Below are positions 24,501 to 39,500 of a DNA stretch of 64,000 nucleotides, in pieces. The translations under genes were made by a program, and so were the position numbers. This DNA is from Perna viridis (taxonomy: Eukaryota): assembly GCA_037379345.1 (NCBI GenBank), contig CM074520.1, positions 8,680,001 through 8,744,000 of the forward strand. The letters run 5' to 3'. The notes beneath the pieces are model-generated. The model saw nothing but the letters and a program-made list of their open reading frames with translations. It ran no database searches and was not told the origin of the DNA. Positions within the stretch are counted from its first letter, which is position 1; every line of letters begins with the position of its first letter.

Positions 24501-27500
24501 TGTTCAAGCTGCCTACAGCCTTGAACTGACACAAAAGGGATATCTTGGTGATGACAGGTGGGTTTGTGCTAGCTTATAGATCACAGAAGCAACAGCCTAA
24601 AGGCTGAACCAACCAGCGGACACTTCTCCTACAAGCTGACACCACTGAACCCTGTCAAAAAATAAAAAAAATAGATATTCAAATATACAATATAAACCAA
24701 CTGAACACATAAAAACCATATAGAAAACTCTATAGAAAATTAGATCCATGTGCACTAGTTGCTTCACCAGTGTATGATCTATACTTACCACCAGAAACTC
24801 CTTTTTGTCCACAATTTGGTTACCATCAGTGTCAAACATGTTAAAGGCGATCCTGAAACCAGACTTTGGCTCTAAAACAAAAAAAAAAAAAAAATCAGTC
24901 AGTGGGTTTCTAAAACACCAAATAAAGTCTAGAATTCAAATTTCCTGTCACCCATAAGAAGGGAAGTTTAACCAAGAGAAAGTTTCATTTGTTAATTTTG
25001 CAGGTTCAATTCTATTTTGGAGAAATCATGGTACCTTCCAAACTTTTCCATGGAAGGCAGAAAGTTTAAACAAACCTCAGAGTACTGTTAGAACAACATA
25101 CAAACCCTGTAAACCATATTTTGAGAAACTAAAGCCCGACTCTAAAGGTGAAAAATTATACATGCGAGCAAATTTGCAAGTTAACCTAAATTTTGTATTT
25201 GTGCGTAAAACCAAATTTTGTTGGAAAATTCATTGATGTTGTGCAAATTTTTGGCTAAATAGCCTGGAAATTTTGTCAGGAGAATGAGGATTATAAGCTG
25301 CATCTTGTAATCTTTTTGACAAAAGAGGTAAAAGTGAATGTTAACACGGTGTAATATAGATCATGTTATGTCTAAATCCCATTTTAGTTTGTCCGTACCA
25401 TTCAGAGGTTACAGTCTAGTCACTTTTATGCAGTGTCGGCAATATTCTATACTCAAACAAGCAGTCTTCAATATTGACGGAAAAGTTGATTGTTTCTACA
25501 GTCATGTAAACCAGTCTAAGCAACCACCTGTATTAAGCAACATACCATGATTAAAATATCCCAATAATCTTTTCGACAAAAGGAGATATTCCTTCAGTCC
25601 TATAGTGTACAAGAAGCAAAGTTAACATATTTCTATATAAGCTATTCCTGGTTGCCCTCAATATGATGGAGAATCCTCAAGTTTTAACATTATTATACAA
25701 TAACTGCTATCTTGAGGCTCGATTTCAGTTGTTACCCCATTTTGTTCATGATTCATAAATATTTAAATTTTGGACCTTGATTTATCATCTGTTTCCTAAG
25801 ACAATCTTCAATCATCTTTTCTAGGTTGTTCCTATTTACTGGCCTTGAAGATTGATATTGTACAACATCCTTTGCAGCATTCCTTTAAATTCTCTACTCA
25901 AAGGAGGAAGCTTAGGTGTACCAACTTGTAGGAAATTGTTACTGATCATGAATTGGCAATAATTATTTTATTATCTAAGATTGAACATGTAACTTTATGG
26001 AACCATTTCAAGAATTTGATTCTAAAATACTGTTTGTCATATTGACATATGTAAAAGTGAATGTTAACACGGTGTAATATAGATCATGTTATGTCTAAAT
26101 CCCATTTTAGTTTGTCCGTACCATTCAGAGGTTACAGTCTAGTTTGGTACACTTTTATGCAGTGTCGGCAATATTCTATACTCAAACAAGCAGTCTTCAA
26201 TATTGACGGAAAAGTTGATTGTTTCTACAGTCATGTAAACCAGTCTAAGCAACCACCTGTATTAAGCAACATACCATGATTAAAATATCCCAATGTAATG
26301 CATTCTCTGTAAAATTATGCATATAACAACTCCCAGTCATGTGTAACCTCAGTATATTGCACACAACAGGACTGAATGGAGTATAACAGCTTGTTGAAAA
26401 GATTACAAGATGCAGCTTATAAGCCCCATTCTCAAGACCAAATTTCCAGGCTACTTTGCCAAATATTATGCTCATTATAAGACTAAAAGCTTCAGGTGTA
26501 TAATACTATCCCTACAAGAGTTTAAAATTCCAAAATGAAGGCTGAGTAATGCAAATTTATGTTGTATTTTTCTACACTTGTTCTTTATATGCACTATGAA
26601 ATGCCCATATACCTTCAATAATAGAGGAACAGAAAGCTTAAAAAACCCAGAGCTATTTAAGTCTTTCCTTAATTTAGCAAAAACCCCTTATCATCAATGC
26701 TTACCAATACAATAATCACTATATATACAGAGGTAATTTTAGATTCTGTGGATTTCAATGCAGTTTTAATGATTACGCAAGAATTTTCGCAGTAAAATCA
26801 ATACTATAACAGGAGAACTCAATGGAAATGGTGAGTAGGTAGCTTTTATTTAATATTGAAGAAAACTGATTAATAATTACAAACATTCGGTATTAATAAT
26901 TTAATGGAAAGCCTTTGCTTGAAACATGTTGGGTATAACTGAGAGTTGTCATAACAGACCAACATAAGCTACCTTTTTTTGCTATGCAGCAGTAGTTCTT
27001 TAGTTAGAATTATAATATCAAATGTGTATTGAACTCATGGTAGTCACTGATTGAGTTGGATTGAAAACCTATGCATCAGACAGAAACTAAAAAAATTCAC
27101 TTCTTTTTACGTAGCACCAGTGTTCCCTGTGTATTGTGGCGTATAAGTATTTCTGTATGTACTTTTTAATCCTTTTGTGTTGTATGGTTCATTCTTCATG
27201 TGTTGTCTTTCTGGCATTACAGGTACTGTTTTGTCTAGGGATTTCCCCTCTTGCACCTTTGCAAAGTGTGACAGGAGCAATTATACAAAAGAACTAGTAA
27301 ACATCTTATTCATGCCAGTATTTCAATGTAAGCACAAAGTGGTCTCCCTTCCATGTTGACTAATATTGTATCCGTAACTGATTAAAATTGTTCAATGAAT
27401 TATTGTAAGATGTTGATAAGGTGACAACCATTTAAACAGGAAATAATAAGGAAAATGTTCAATTCACTTCAGTTTTCAGAAAGCATAAAGTTCCATGTCC

Positions 27501-30500
27501 TATTGCACTAAGTATACCCCTAAATGTTCCATATAAAGAAAAATGGAACAGTCCCATTAAACAGGAACTTGGATTCTGACAGCAAAATATATCCATTACA
27601 ACATATGTCTCACACATATAAAGCCATATCAATCCATACATTGGAAGCTGAGATAGATGGCAGGGGTAACCTGAGGTGATTCCAATATACCATTCACTCA
27701 TTCAGTGAAGTACAATATTACTAAAGCCAACTTTTTTGCCCATATATTCTATCAAACAGAAAATCTAGGTAATGTAAGAATTTGTTTGATATTTGCACGC
27801 TGTGTTTTGTATTTCATAGGATTTGTCAGAGAGACATTTCCTTTAATGTACCTATTTAACCTAAAATTCCATGTACAGTGGAAATTTCAATATCATTTCC
27901 CTAGAAAACCCTTGGTCTTTCTTATTTCCTTAAACTTGATACAGACTTTAACATCAATAAAATCTTCATAGTTGATCACTTTATACTGTGTAGTAAAGGG
28001 TGATTTTTTCTTTAAATAGATTTCATCGGTCATTTAATACAACCCAGGGTTCCATTCTTGTCTGTTAATTCTCAGTGAAATAATAATTCTAATATTCTAA
28101 TTTCCAAGGTAAAATGACAATATTCTCGAATCAGAATTGGTTGAAATTCCTCTGATATATGGGAAGCAGTAGCTAGCTGTTCACGCTCAAACTTTTTGAC
28201 TTTTATGAAGTATTTGGCATTCAATGACTACATATGGTATTAAGCCAACAAATTAATCCATCAAAAAAATGTTTCTGAATTAATGGTGAGACAACTGATC
28301 AACAGTTTCTGGTGTAATATGAACATTCCTTTATAGAAACATTTGTAGAAACACATGTGATGATAATGGTGCCCACCTCCTGGGTCTTTGAAGTGGATCA
28401 TGTTATTTCAGAAGGTATAAAATTTTGTTATTTCTTACCATTTTCTTAGTTATAAATTCTCTAACTATATCTAGAGCAGTTACTACAGAAATACAGAGAA
28501 ATGTACTATCTTCTCATGTACTGTTAATATGGACCTTCTATGAAGGTTATTTTTCTCATTCTGCTGGGTCATCTAAATGACAACATGTTTACATGTGCAC
28601 ATGTGTTTATGTTCGTCAAAATGACAGTTTAATCTCATGCATACTGTTCTTAAGTTGTGGGACAAAATTGAAAGTGAAAATGAAGACAATTCCTGGGAAT
28701 ACCCAATTCAACACAATGACGGGAGAATTAGCTAAGTTCTTAGCAAGAATGACAGAGGTCTAGTTAGTTAAGAATAGACCACCATAAACTATAACAGCTG
28801 ACATGGATGGATTGGACAGGGTTAATGCTGATAATGAAATGGAAGGATAAGGTTAAAACACTGGAAAAAAACCTTATCATTGACAAAAAACTACACTTAT
28901 CAATGGGGTTATGTAAGTGTATACGGTAAAGAAAACCATTCAGAAAATGTTATTAATGGTTTAAAATTATAAACCACACAATGGACTAAATAAACTGAAT
29001 CAGGGACTCCTAACAAGAATGGACCATTCAATTAAATATGGTCCTACAAATACCTAACCAAAAAGAATCTATTCAATTAGGAAGACTTATTTAATAATAA
29101 AGCCACATTATAATATCTTTTTATTGAATATATGGTCCATGGTATATATTAACCACATAACATAATGAAGTAGGGGCTATGACAATTTCTCAGCATGAAA
29201 TACATGTACCTGAATATATAACTGACAAGTTCTAATTAAATATCTTAAGAAGATGTAATATTATCAATACCTTAACATTTCTATCCCCGCCCTGAACACT
29301 AAAATTGAAAATCGTTGATTGAATCAAGTAAGTTGGAAAACATCTATCTGTGCTTTTATATAATGCATTTGGAAATAATTCATTTCTATACCTCTTTGTA
29401 GTTACAATCAACAGGTGAAAAAATTTCAAGTGAGAAACAAACGAACTGAAATTCCTGAAGATCCAAAGTAAAAAGACAACCTGGATATCAGCCAATGATT
29501 TTTGAGACGACTACAAAAATATATTTTATTGAAAACATGAACAATGACGGGATCACAACGGGGAGTTTGACCTCTGCGCCTCTGATGTCATTAGTCTCAA
29601 CACCAAGTGTTATGTTATCAAAATACCATTCAAGAGTTTCCTCCCATTGTAATTAATAAAATTGATTGAAAATGCAAAACTAATCAAACAATTGATTTCA
29701 CCTTCAGTGCAAGAGTTTTAACCCTTTTCTTGTACTTGAAATTTATTTATATTCAAGGGAATTTAAACATAAATTTTATGCCTTATAAAATCAATCATTT
29801 TAATTATGAACTCTAGTATAAGAACAGTCTTCAATACTAGGTTCTTAAAAGGAAATAACAATAAAGAAATTTAAAAAACAAATTTTAGAAATGCAACATA
29901 AGTATTTGAAGGTAAAATTGCAATCAAATTTCAAGATTTTTTATTGTATATACATCATTTTAAATACTCAAATTTAAATAAATTTTTGATTACTAATTCC
30001 AGTTACATTACATTAGTGGTCTCTATTATTGACTTCAGTTATTAGTCACTCAAGTTTTATAACTGAGAAACAAATATCAAAATATTAAATTTAGGTGCAA
30101 ACCATATGTTGTAAGAAATCTAATTTTCAACCCCATTCCCATACAAAGAACCATTGTAAAATCCAACAACTGATCCAATAATATAACTCTCGTGCTTGGG
30201 TTTGTTTTTTTTTTAAATATTGTTTTTGTTTTTGTTTTTTAGGGGTTTTCCCTACCAAGGAAAGATCTTATTTTTCTAACATGTAAATGTCATCACGTTT
30301 AATTAGGAAATGACCCTATTAAGGATTTCATTACCATCTTTAAGAGTTACGTCCCTTTAAAACAGTTTCTTTTAATAGCTCATATCTTAAAAACCATAAG
30401 AGAGGGAATAATTCTGGAAACGGCTTCATGCAGATGGCCTAATTAACATAATAAACATAAATTTGTATTTTGTTATCAAACCATACGGGAGTTATATCCC

Positions 30501-33500
30501 TTGAAGTATCATACTTAAGTTTTAAAAATTTATATTTCAAGAACCAGAAGTTGTAGAGACGTGGGACTTTCATCAATGATCTTCGGTCCATGTGACCTTT
30601 CATTTGCACCTAAGGTCAAAGGTCACAAAGTTTTTTCCCCTTTCAATATTTACTTTGGCATGGCCCTGTTGTGTCATCTTTCAAGATATCATTACAAAAT
30701 TTGGACCATCGATAGACCTTTTCTAGGACTTTTAAAGAATAATCCCATGAAGAATTTCATTACCCATTGCAGAAGTTATCTCCTGTTTATTAGCATCTTA
30801 GGTCCCCCAACCTCATTTTTCAGGACATCATTATTATACTTGGTGAACATGTAGATGTCATCATGTTCTATTAGAAAATGACCCTACTAAGGATTTCATT
30901 TTCATCTTTAAGAGTTATGTCCCCTTAAAACAATTCATTTCAATCCCTCATATCTTGAAAACCATAATAGATAGAATCAATCTAAAAACTGTTTCATGTT
31001 CACAAGAATACCTAATGAATAAACATAAACATGTATTTTATTATCAAACCAAACAGGAGTTATATCCCTTGAAATATACTTTTTTTCAAATTTATATTCG
31101 AGAACCAGAAGTTGTAGAAACATATTTTAATAATCATTGGGCACAAAATGAGCTCCAAAATTGCCCAAATTATTTAGTAATTTTGTTGTATATGTTCTGC
31201 AAATTATACAGTTTTCAAATTTGACATATCTTGTCTAGTTTTGGATCTATTGAAATTTTAAGTTTTGAGAGCGGGGGTATATATTTTAAAATCCACAGCA
31301 GACACACAAATGGTCATTCCACAGAATGAAAGATCTGCACAAGTACAACTGTTTCACAATATACCAAGAACCAATATAAAAAACCAATGACACTACAACA
31401 ACTTAAAATGTTCATATTTTCCAATGGTTTGATATATTTCATCAATACCTATTTATAGATTTGATATTGTATCAATTTTTCAACTTCATCAAAGGGGGTC
31501 ATGTGATTTATCATTTTGAAGGTCTAAATGACCACATTTCAAAAATCAGAGTTTCAACCATGACAAGTACTACATGATCAAATAGTAGGGTCATTAAGTG
31601 CAAAAATTTAAAGTTCTTAGAGGGTAAGGTTGTTGCATATCAAATGAAAGGTCTTAAAGCTACATCCGAAATATTGATGTTTTGTCTCAAAAAAAAAAAG
31701 TTGTTTATATAGTTAGGTTGTTGCATATCAAATTAAAGGTCATAATGTACACCTCAAATTTCAATTTACTTATATAGAAAAAGAACCCAGTTGGGGTTAA
31801 TAAGTGCAAAATTGTAAAGTTCACAGAAAGTAGGGTTGTTGTATATCCAACAAAAGGTTGCAGAGTTGACCTTACAAAAGTCACGATGGGAACATTGACA
31901 ATTGCATTTGACAAGGTCACCAAGTGCAAAAAGTCAAACTATTGTAGATGTTTTAATGTGTATATTACAAAGAGATTTTCAAGGGAAAGACCTTTCAATT
32001 GTTTAATGAACAATTAACATACCAGTTTTTTTAATTCAATTCAAAGATAAATAAAAAAATGTTTTCCCCCTTCAAACTATCTACCTTTATAATGAAGGCA
32101 CTGTATTTCAATATTTTGCAAACTTATGCAAATTATATGCAAATTAGTTACAAAATGGTACTGGTACTGGTTGTTACATATAAATTAAAGATGGGTGATC
32201 ACGGGGTGGCGTAGGTGGGTGATTAACCATTTTCGCTTTGCAATCATATGTTTTTTTAAAGAATCGACCCTTACAGCACATGCACGGATTAAGGTCACCA
32301 GAAGTTACATGCATAAGAATTTCTCTAGGTCGACTTTTTGTCTTGCAAGACAATAAATGTATCTACACTTATTCCATGTATTTAATGCATTTTATTTGTG
32401 GATATCAAATGAAATTATACAGGAAAAGTATAATTTAGTAGAAATAATTCAAAGTTAAGGCATATTTCAACAGAAACAAATATTTACAAACATGACAGCT
32501 CATGCAGCTTTATATAACCCTCCTGAAAATGTAATCTCCAATCACAGTTTCAAAAAATATAGCATACCCATTAAGTTTTTATATGCTGGAATCTCTGTTG
32601 GTCTGTAACTAATATACCCCTAAAGAATTTCACTACATGATAATTCATAATATAATAATGTCATACTGTAGTCTTAGATTTCAAATCCGGAAACTTTTTG
32701 CATATACAACATGAAAAAATATTTTTTGTGGCCAAGGTCCCTTCTCAAAATGCATAACTGAGGATTGAGTACCCAATTCAACAAGAAGACAATTTTCTTC
32801 CTGTCAGTACTAATTGACACAGCATGGAATAAACAATGAGCACTCAAACTTATCTCTTAACTTCAAAGGATTCAACTGACTATAGCATATGGTGTATTAT
32901 AATATGTACTAAGATAAACAGTCATTTTAAAACAAAAAAAATGAAAAACAAATGCCATTGATAGGTTCTATTCATTCAACACATTTCCTGATAATACCAA
33001 CTATTGGCCAATGATTTTGTGAACATAATCTGTACTAAGCACAAGAAGTCATTGGACTAAAAACTTGAGGTATGTCAGATAAATAGCAATTCATAAAGGT
33101 CTGTCATGCATGGAAGCTCTTACTATAAAAACTTGAAAATTATGCTGATGGCTTGTTTTTTTTTCTTTATGGTGTTATCATGGCCAGTTGCATGTCTTTG
33201 ATGTATCAGTTGTTGAGAGTAGGGGATTATATCTCCCATCATGCTGTTCTGAGGCTAGTCAGACTGCTTACTGATAAAATCCTGATACTTTTTCTAATTT
33301 AAGAAATGAGATTGATTTAGCAGTCCTGGAGTATCATTAAAGAGATCTAACAAGCTGAAGTTTCTATAATATCCTTGAATCAAACTGCAATTTGTGGTTA
33401 GATTTAACATTTTCTCCTGTAATCGTCACCAATATTTTCAAGCAACAGTGCAAATAAGATAAATTTTTGAATGAAATGAGATGGGAATTACGATGGTTTG

Positions 33501-36500
33501 ATTGGGTTCACATAGTTTGGTCCTACCTCACACCATCCTAATTATACATACACTTGCTCCCTCTTCACCTACATAATGAACCAAAAGTATAAAGAACAAA
33601 CTTATCATCATATTTAATACTGTTGAATATGAAAAATGAAACATATCTGTAATTTGATGAGAATCTCATTGCTGAAGTTACTGTTTAATGCACATATCTT
33701 ATTTTCTCACTAGGCCATTCCAGCCTCCCCCTCCAAAAAAAAAAAGATATCCTGTTGTGGCAAAAACTATTGTTGTTATATGTTGTAGAAAGAGAATATG
33801 GAGAACATTCAGCATGCTGTGTTTACTCATAAAGTCATACTATAAAATGTCTATACATCCTTTATACCTTGATACCAAACAAAAAAGTATGATGAACTCT
33901 CTTACCTTTGACCTTAAGGAGACAATGAATAAGTCTTAGATACCATAAAATTCTATGCAATGATAATGTTATAATGGTTCACAGTTTATAACTATTACCA
34001 ACCATTATCCTCTCTTTATTATATCAATAGATAGAATAACAAAGAAATGAAATGTCCAATTTTTTTCAACTTTAGCATTAAATTTCATAGTTCAATTTTC
34101 TCTCAACTTCAAAGTAAAATTATACTGGGTGAAAATGTTAATGTAATGTTTAGATTACATTCCTTGGAGTCCGGACCCACCATGTTAAAAAAAAAAGCAT
34201 TGACTTCGTGCATAACTGTTCCACTAAGAATTAAAAAGACATTTTAATTGGTACTTGTTCAGACTTGTTGACTTCTTATGCACATTGTGCAATATGTATG
34301 TTAAGTTACTGCATTATTGCATTATCAGCAGACTCTGGAAAATATTTAAAGTTGGTGGTAACTTGCCACTTAAGAAACTAGATTAGAATTTTAATATTTA
34401 CATTATTAATGTCAATAAAGGCTTGGATTCGAGGTTTCTACCATTAATATATGCTCAACGAAAGGAAATAAATTCTTCAAGCAATGTGTAGATAACTACA
34501 CATAACACCAGTACAACCTTGAAAATATTTTTAATGCTTTAAAATATTTAGATACGTGTACATGCATTTTTGACAGTTTAACCAGGTTTATATCATGTAT
34601 AATGATTGAGCACCCTTTTAAAACATACTGGTCTGGAATTTGCCAATCCTGCAGAAAAAAGTTTGGATCCATTCCAAGTGTATATACTGTTGTTGGATCA
34701 GTGCTAAAAATAAACCCTTTATACCCCTCTGAACAACTTGAAGGTATCAAGAATCGATTAAATATCTGAATTTATTATCTTTTCCATTTAATATACCTTT
34801 AACCTTGCATAACACAAATATCTAGGGTATGTCATTCATAAAACTTTCTAAAGCAAACTTCAATCATTTACCACAACCCATTCATAAAATTCTATATGTC
34901 CAACAAAACCAAGATGGACATAAACAAAAACTTTCATCAATTCTATTTTTAGCTTTCACCTGTCAAGAACTAACCTTGTAATACATATTTTCTTCAAATA
35001 AGGTAAAGGAAGGAAATCTTTCATCAGATTCTGTACTATCACTAGTCTGGATATATACTTCACTCCTTGTAGGTAAGAACTAGTAAAGCTAGCTAGAACA
35101 TAACTCTGAGCTGGGTTACTCATCAGAACCATGTATCTATATACAAGTTTACATGAGGTAATAGTAAAGCTGTATGAACTAAAAATTTTGAAGATATTTA
35201 CTTAGAACTTGTCAGTTATATATTCAGTTAAATATATTTCATGCTGAGAAATTGTCATAGTCCCTACTTGATTACGTTATGTGGTTTTAGCCAGGGAGGA
35301 ATAGAAGTATTTTTACTTATGAAGAGTGCATGCCCTGTTATGTTGTTGTTATGCCTCTTCATTTACAGTCTAAACAGTCACTGTAATTTCTGAGAGAATG
35401 ATTTTAAACCATTCATATTTCAGATCCACAACATAAAATGGTACCTGATGTTCTGCCCCAATCATCAACCCAAAGTTGTTGATAAATGTCCCTATAAGCA
35501 AGGAAAGGGAGACTACTACCTTTATGGAAACCATTTTAATCAAACTCACTTTTTAACAAATTGTAAAATATATCAAGCATATTTGCTCAACCAAACGAGC
35601 TAGACATATTATGTTTTCAATCATTAATTGAGCAGAAAATTGTATAGCAAGCTAAAGAAAGGGCAAACAACAAATACAGATTTAAGTGGCATTCATTTTC
35701 AAGATTTAAACATAAATACAAGTAAATCAATAGTACTTATACCATCCCAAAAGATATTTTACAATTTGAAAGTTTTTATGTGATGACAGAAATAACTAAG
35801 CCCATGTAAATGATACATGTAGGTATAAAATAAAGATCAAAGAAATATCTGTATCATTACCTGTTCCTTGTACAGGTGTGTGACATAACCAAAAACATTA
35901 TAATTGCCTAAAATTACTTCTTTAATTGCTTGAATAACCACCTCTATATAGGCTTAGTCAATATAAGTATCTTACTGGAATTTTAATGGGTGAACTTAGA
36001 ATGAAGATGTAATTAAAGTTTTCGGTAAGCCACTTGAGTTTTGTCATTTGCAATTTTTGTTTCTATTTCAATACAGAAGATGACAACATTAATGAATCAT
36101 TCTGTAACAAAATCATTTATGGTTAATATCTTTTGGCCTTGGTGAGGGGTTAATGTGTATGTAACCATTCAACCTTGGTGAGGGATAATGTGTATGTAAC
36201 CTTCGGCCTTGGTGAAGGATAATGTGTATGTAACCTTCGGCCTTGGTGAAGAATAATGTGTATGTAACCTTCGGCCTTGGTGAGGGATAATGTGTATGTA
36301 ACCTTCGGCCTTGGTGAGGGGTTAATGTGTATGTAACCTTCGGCCTTGGTGAGGGGTTAATGTGTATGTAACCTTCGGCCTTGGTGAAGGATAATGTGTA
36401 TGTAACCTTCGGCCTTGGTGAAGAATAATGTGTACATTTGGCCTTGAGAAGCAGTAAAGGTAATAATAGTATAGAGATCTTTGTTAGAGTACTATATATA

Positions 36501-39500
36501 CAAAACCTTTTACATTCATGTTGAAGGTTGGACAGTGTTTCATCCCATAACACTGGAAAAGAAAATTCTCATTTCTTCATCTTGATCTAGCTAACAACCA
36601 GCATCCTTCATGGATACTGTCACTCTGTTGTCTTCTCACACATCTGAATACCAACCAGCCAAAAGGAACGATAAACCCTTCTTTTATTGTCTTAATTTCT
36701 TTAAGTTCTTATGTTTCAATCTTTCATGTTATACACATATGTACATGAACTAAGGTCATGAACAATAACTTTCTTTTGTGATACTACAGTACCTTCCTAT
36801 CCTGCCAGCCATCTCATAACATTTAATTATTGAAAAATTAATCATGATCCAATGATTTCTAATTGACAATCTGAGCACCAAGTGAAACCCATGGACATCA
36901 TTTGATTTCAGCTGGACACCAGGTATGCCATTCATGTAAAGGTGCATCAGGCCTAAGGACACTAAATCATGTTTGTAACTGTCAGTAACAAAAGAGATTC
37001 CTCAGTATGGACAACCAATTACATATGGCAGGAGATACTGCTCCATGATTACTACCACTTTCATTGATAACAAACAAAAATCACTATTTAAAATCTCATA
37101 AATGATGAATGAGTTGTTTTCTGAATGAACAGTTTCTGACTATTGGAATGTTCAGGTCATATGGAAGGAGAGCCATATGGTGTTAGTTGACAATACAATA
37201 CCAGTTACTGACTAGCATATCATGGTGTACACTCAGGACAAGTTGAACAACAGATGGCACTGCATCTGTCCTTACAGTGTGAACTCATAATACGAGTTCA
37301 ATCAGGACTTCTTACTCATGATATTTATCTCTCTGCTTCATTCATCAAAATTATTTCAACTGTTTTTTTGTGGAGCTTGTCAAAAACATTCTCAATATTC
37401 AGAATTATCATCTTAGGACATAAAATGTTGGTAAATTACCCTTTTTAAATGAGGTATTTTCAGACTTTTGATGTAATTTTATCTATACAATAATTACCAC
37501 ATATAATTTTCTTATTCTATTGGATATATTCATGTAAAAAGAACATTAAAAGATCACCAAGATAATATCTTTTGTCAAAATTTGCATTCCATTTTCTGTT
37601 GAGATGCAACGAGCTGAATAGACCACCATCTAAAGCATGAAATTAATATGGTTCCTTATAAGAATTAGGCATGTTATTTATAGAATAACATTATCATTTC
37701 ATGGCCAATAGTTCTAATACACACTGTAGTACAATTATATTCAAGGAACCCATACCTTGAAGTGTATGCAGTTTAAAGTCTTTATAATTTTTACTTGCAA
37801 CTGGAAAATTAAATGACATTTTTTTTTACACATTGTATCCCTTTGCTACTATGATAATAGGTTAAATCTCCTTACATGCAGAAAACCAATTAAGACTGTA
37901 TTAGATCAGAAAGTATTAGATTAAAAAAAATATGTTTAACTGAGTTTCCCACATGGTGACATAAAGCTATCATTATTCACATAGAGTCTTAGAAGCAAAA
38001 ATAGTTTACTTCATATAAGCAATGTTATACACACCTCAGTATACAAACACATATACAAACAGGTGCACCGTGTCATTGATACAAGAGAAACAAAAATGGA
38101 ATTAATAATTCTTGAATACATATTCCCTGTTTGCTTCTAATATTCAGCATTCAACCACTGTGGTAATATCAAGCAGCACCCAGGGATGCATTTTATTGGC
38201 TATGTTAAACTGAATTGGAAGTAATATTTTCAATAAAAATTGTCAATATCTTGTATCACAATAGTAGCCAGAGATAAGAAAAATTATGGCAGCAAGAACA
38301 ATATAAAAATGTTGGAGTTGACGTAATTATAAACTTAAGCATGAAATATATCTGCATGATTTGTTTGAAAGCCTATACTTTAATACAGCAACAAATTCCA
38401 GCCCATCATCCATCACATGACTTGTCATTGTTAAACAATTACATAATTATGACAGGTAACATTATTATTATGAAAGCACACAGATGACCCAGATTGACAT
38501 TTGAATTGAAGGTTACTGTAGCTAACATTTGTATGTCTCAAATCTAAAGTAACCCTTCACATTTTGACAAATAAATCACAGTGTTCGCCTTCAATTCAGG
38601 TTTGCACCTTTGTGACATTTTTTTTGAATTAAAAAAATAGTATTTTGTAAAATAAAAGAAAGACAGTGGAAAAATGAACAACAATGCAATTGGTCCAAAC
38701 AGGACAATACACTTGCCCTAAGTTTTTTATCAGTTCTAAAAGAAATTTTCACACTTTATCTGACTTGATTATCTTTTCCAGTATGCAGCAGTTGATCATT
38801 CTATGCTGATAATTGTGAAGTCTTGTCATTATAGAAATTCAATCCATACACACAACTTAATTGCACTTCAATTTTAAGACCTTTACTCGCCTAACCTTAT
38901 ACATTCCAATGCACAACTGCTGGGGGATATGAAAAAAAGTGTACTAAATACATTTTAATTTTTAAACCTTTGTCTAATTACTATCTTAACAACTATAATG
39001 TAGAATTATAAATTTAAGCCTATTTGCTATCATTTTTGTAGCAATATAACAGACTGTAATATTTCAGACAATGGTGGGGGGTTAGACTATAACAATTATA
39101 ATTCAGACACCTGCTCAGAATACTCCACAGGACAAACATCAACTCATGCCACAATTCTGTTCAATATTCATGAATCTTCTGTAAAGGAATTTGAATACAT
39201 TTGATTAATTTTCTCATTTAACAGGTTATTTTCTATTGGTCCCTTAAGCTACAAAAGCACTGGTACAATTTCACTCGATACTTCAAAATTGACCCTGGCT
39301 TACGACAAGCAACCTCTAACATATTCATCTCTACTTCATGACAATAGATACTGATTTTAATCTTTTTTGACAATTTTAACATCTTTCAATTATTTAAAAT
39401 AAGCACAGTTAGAATTGACTGGTTTTTTGTTACTATTTAGAACAGCAAAGGACCAATTGTACTCTGAAAGCCTTTTTGGACATTTCTCTTCGTGCATGTG

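Noticed and set aside
25328-26294. Direct repeats resembling an LTR pair, with duplicate 70/72-aa ORFs
   Set aside because: No TG...CA ends, PBS/PPT or TSD around the pair were evident, and the ORFs have no recognisable domain.
34496-35131. Protein-looking minus-strand ORFs and exon-like segments
   Set aside because: No recognisable homology, and the candidate segments are not compatible with the phase-1 host intron.
36113-36553. 146-aa ORF with repeated PSPRPKVTYT
   Set aside because: Translation of a 34-35-bp minisatellite; the unit length shifts frame between copies.
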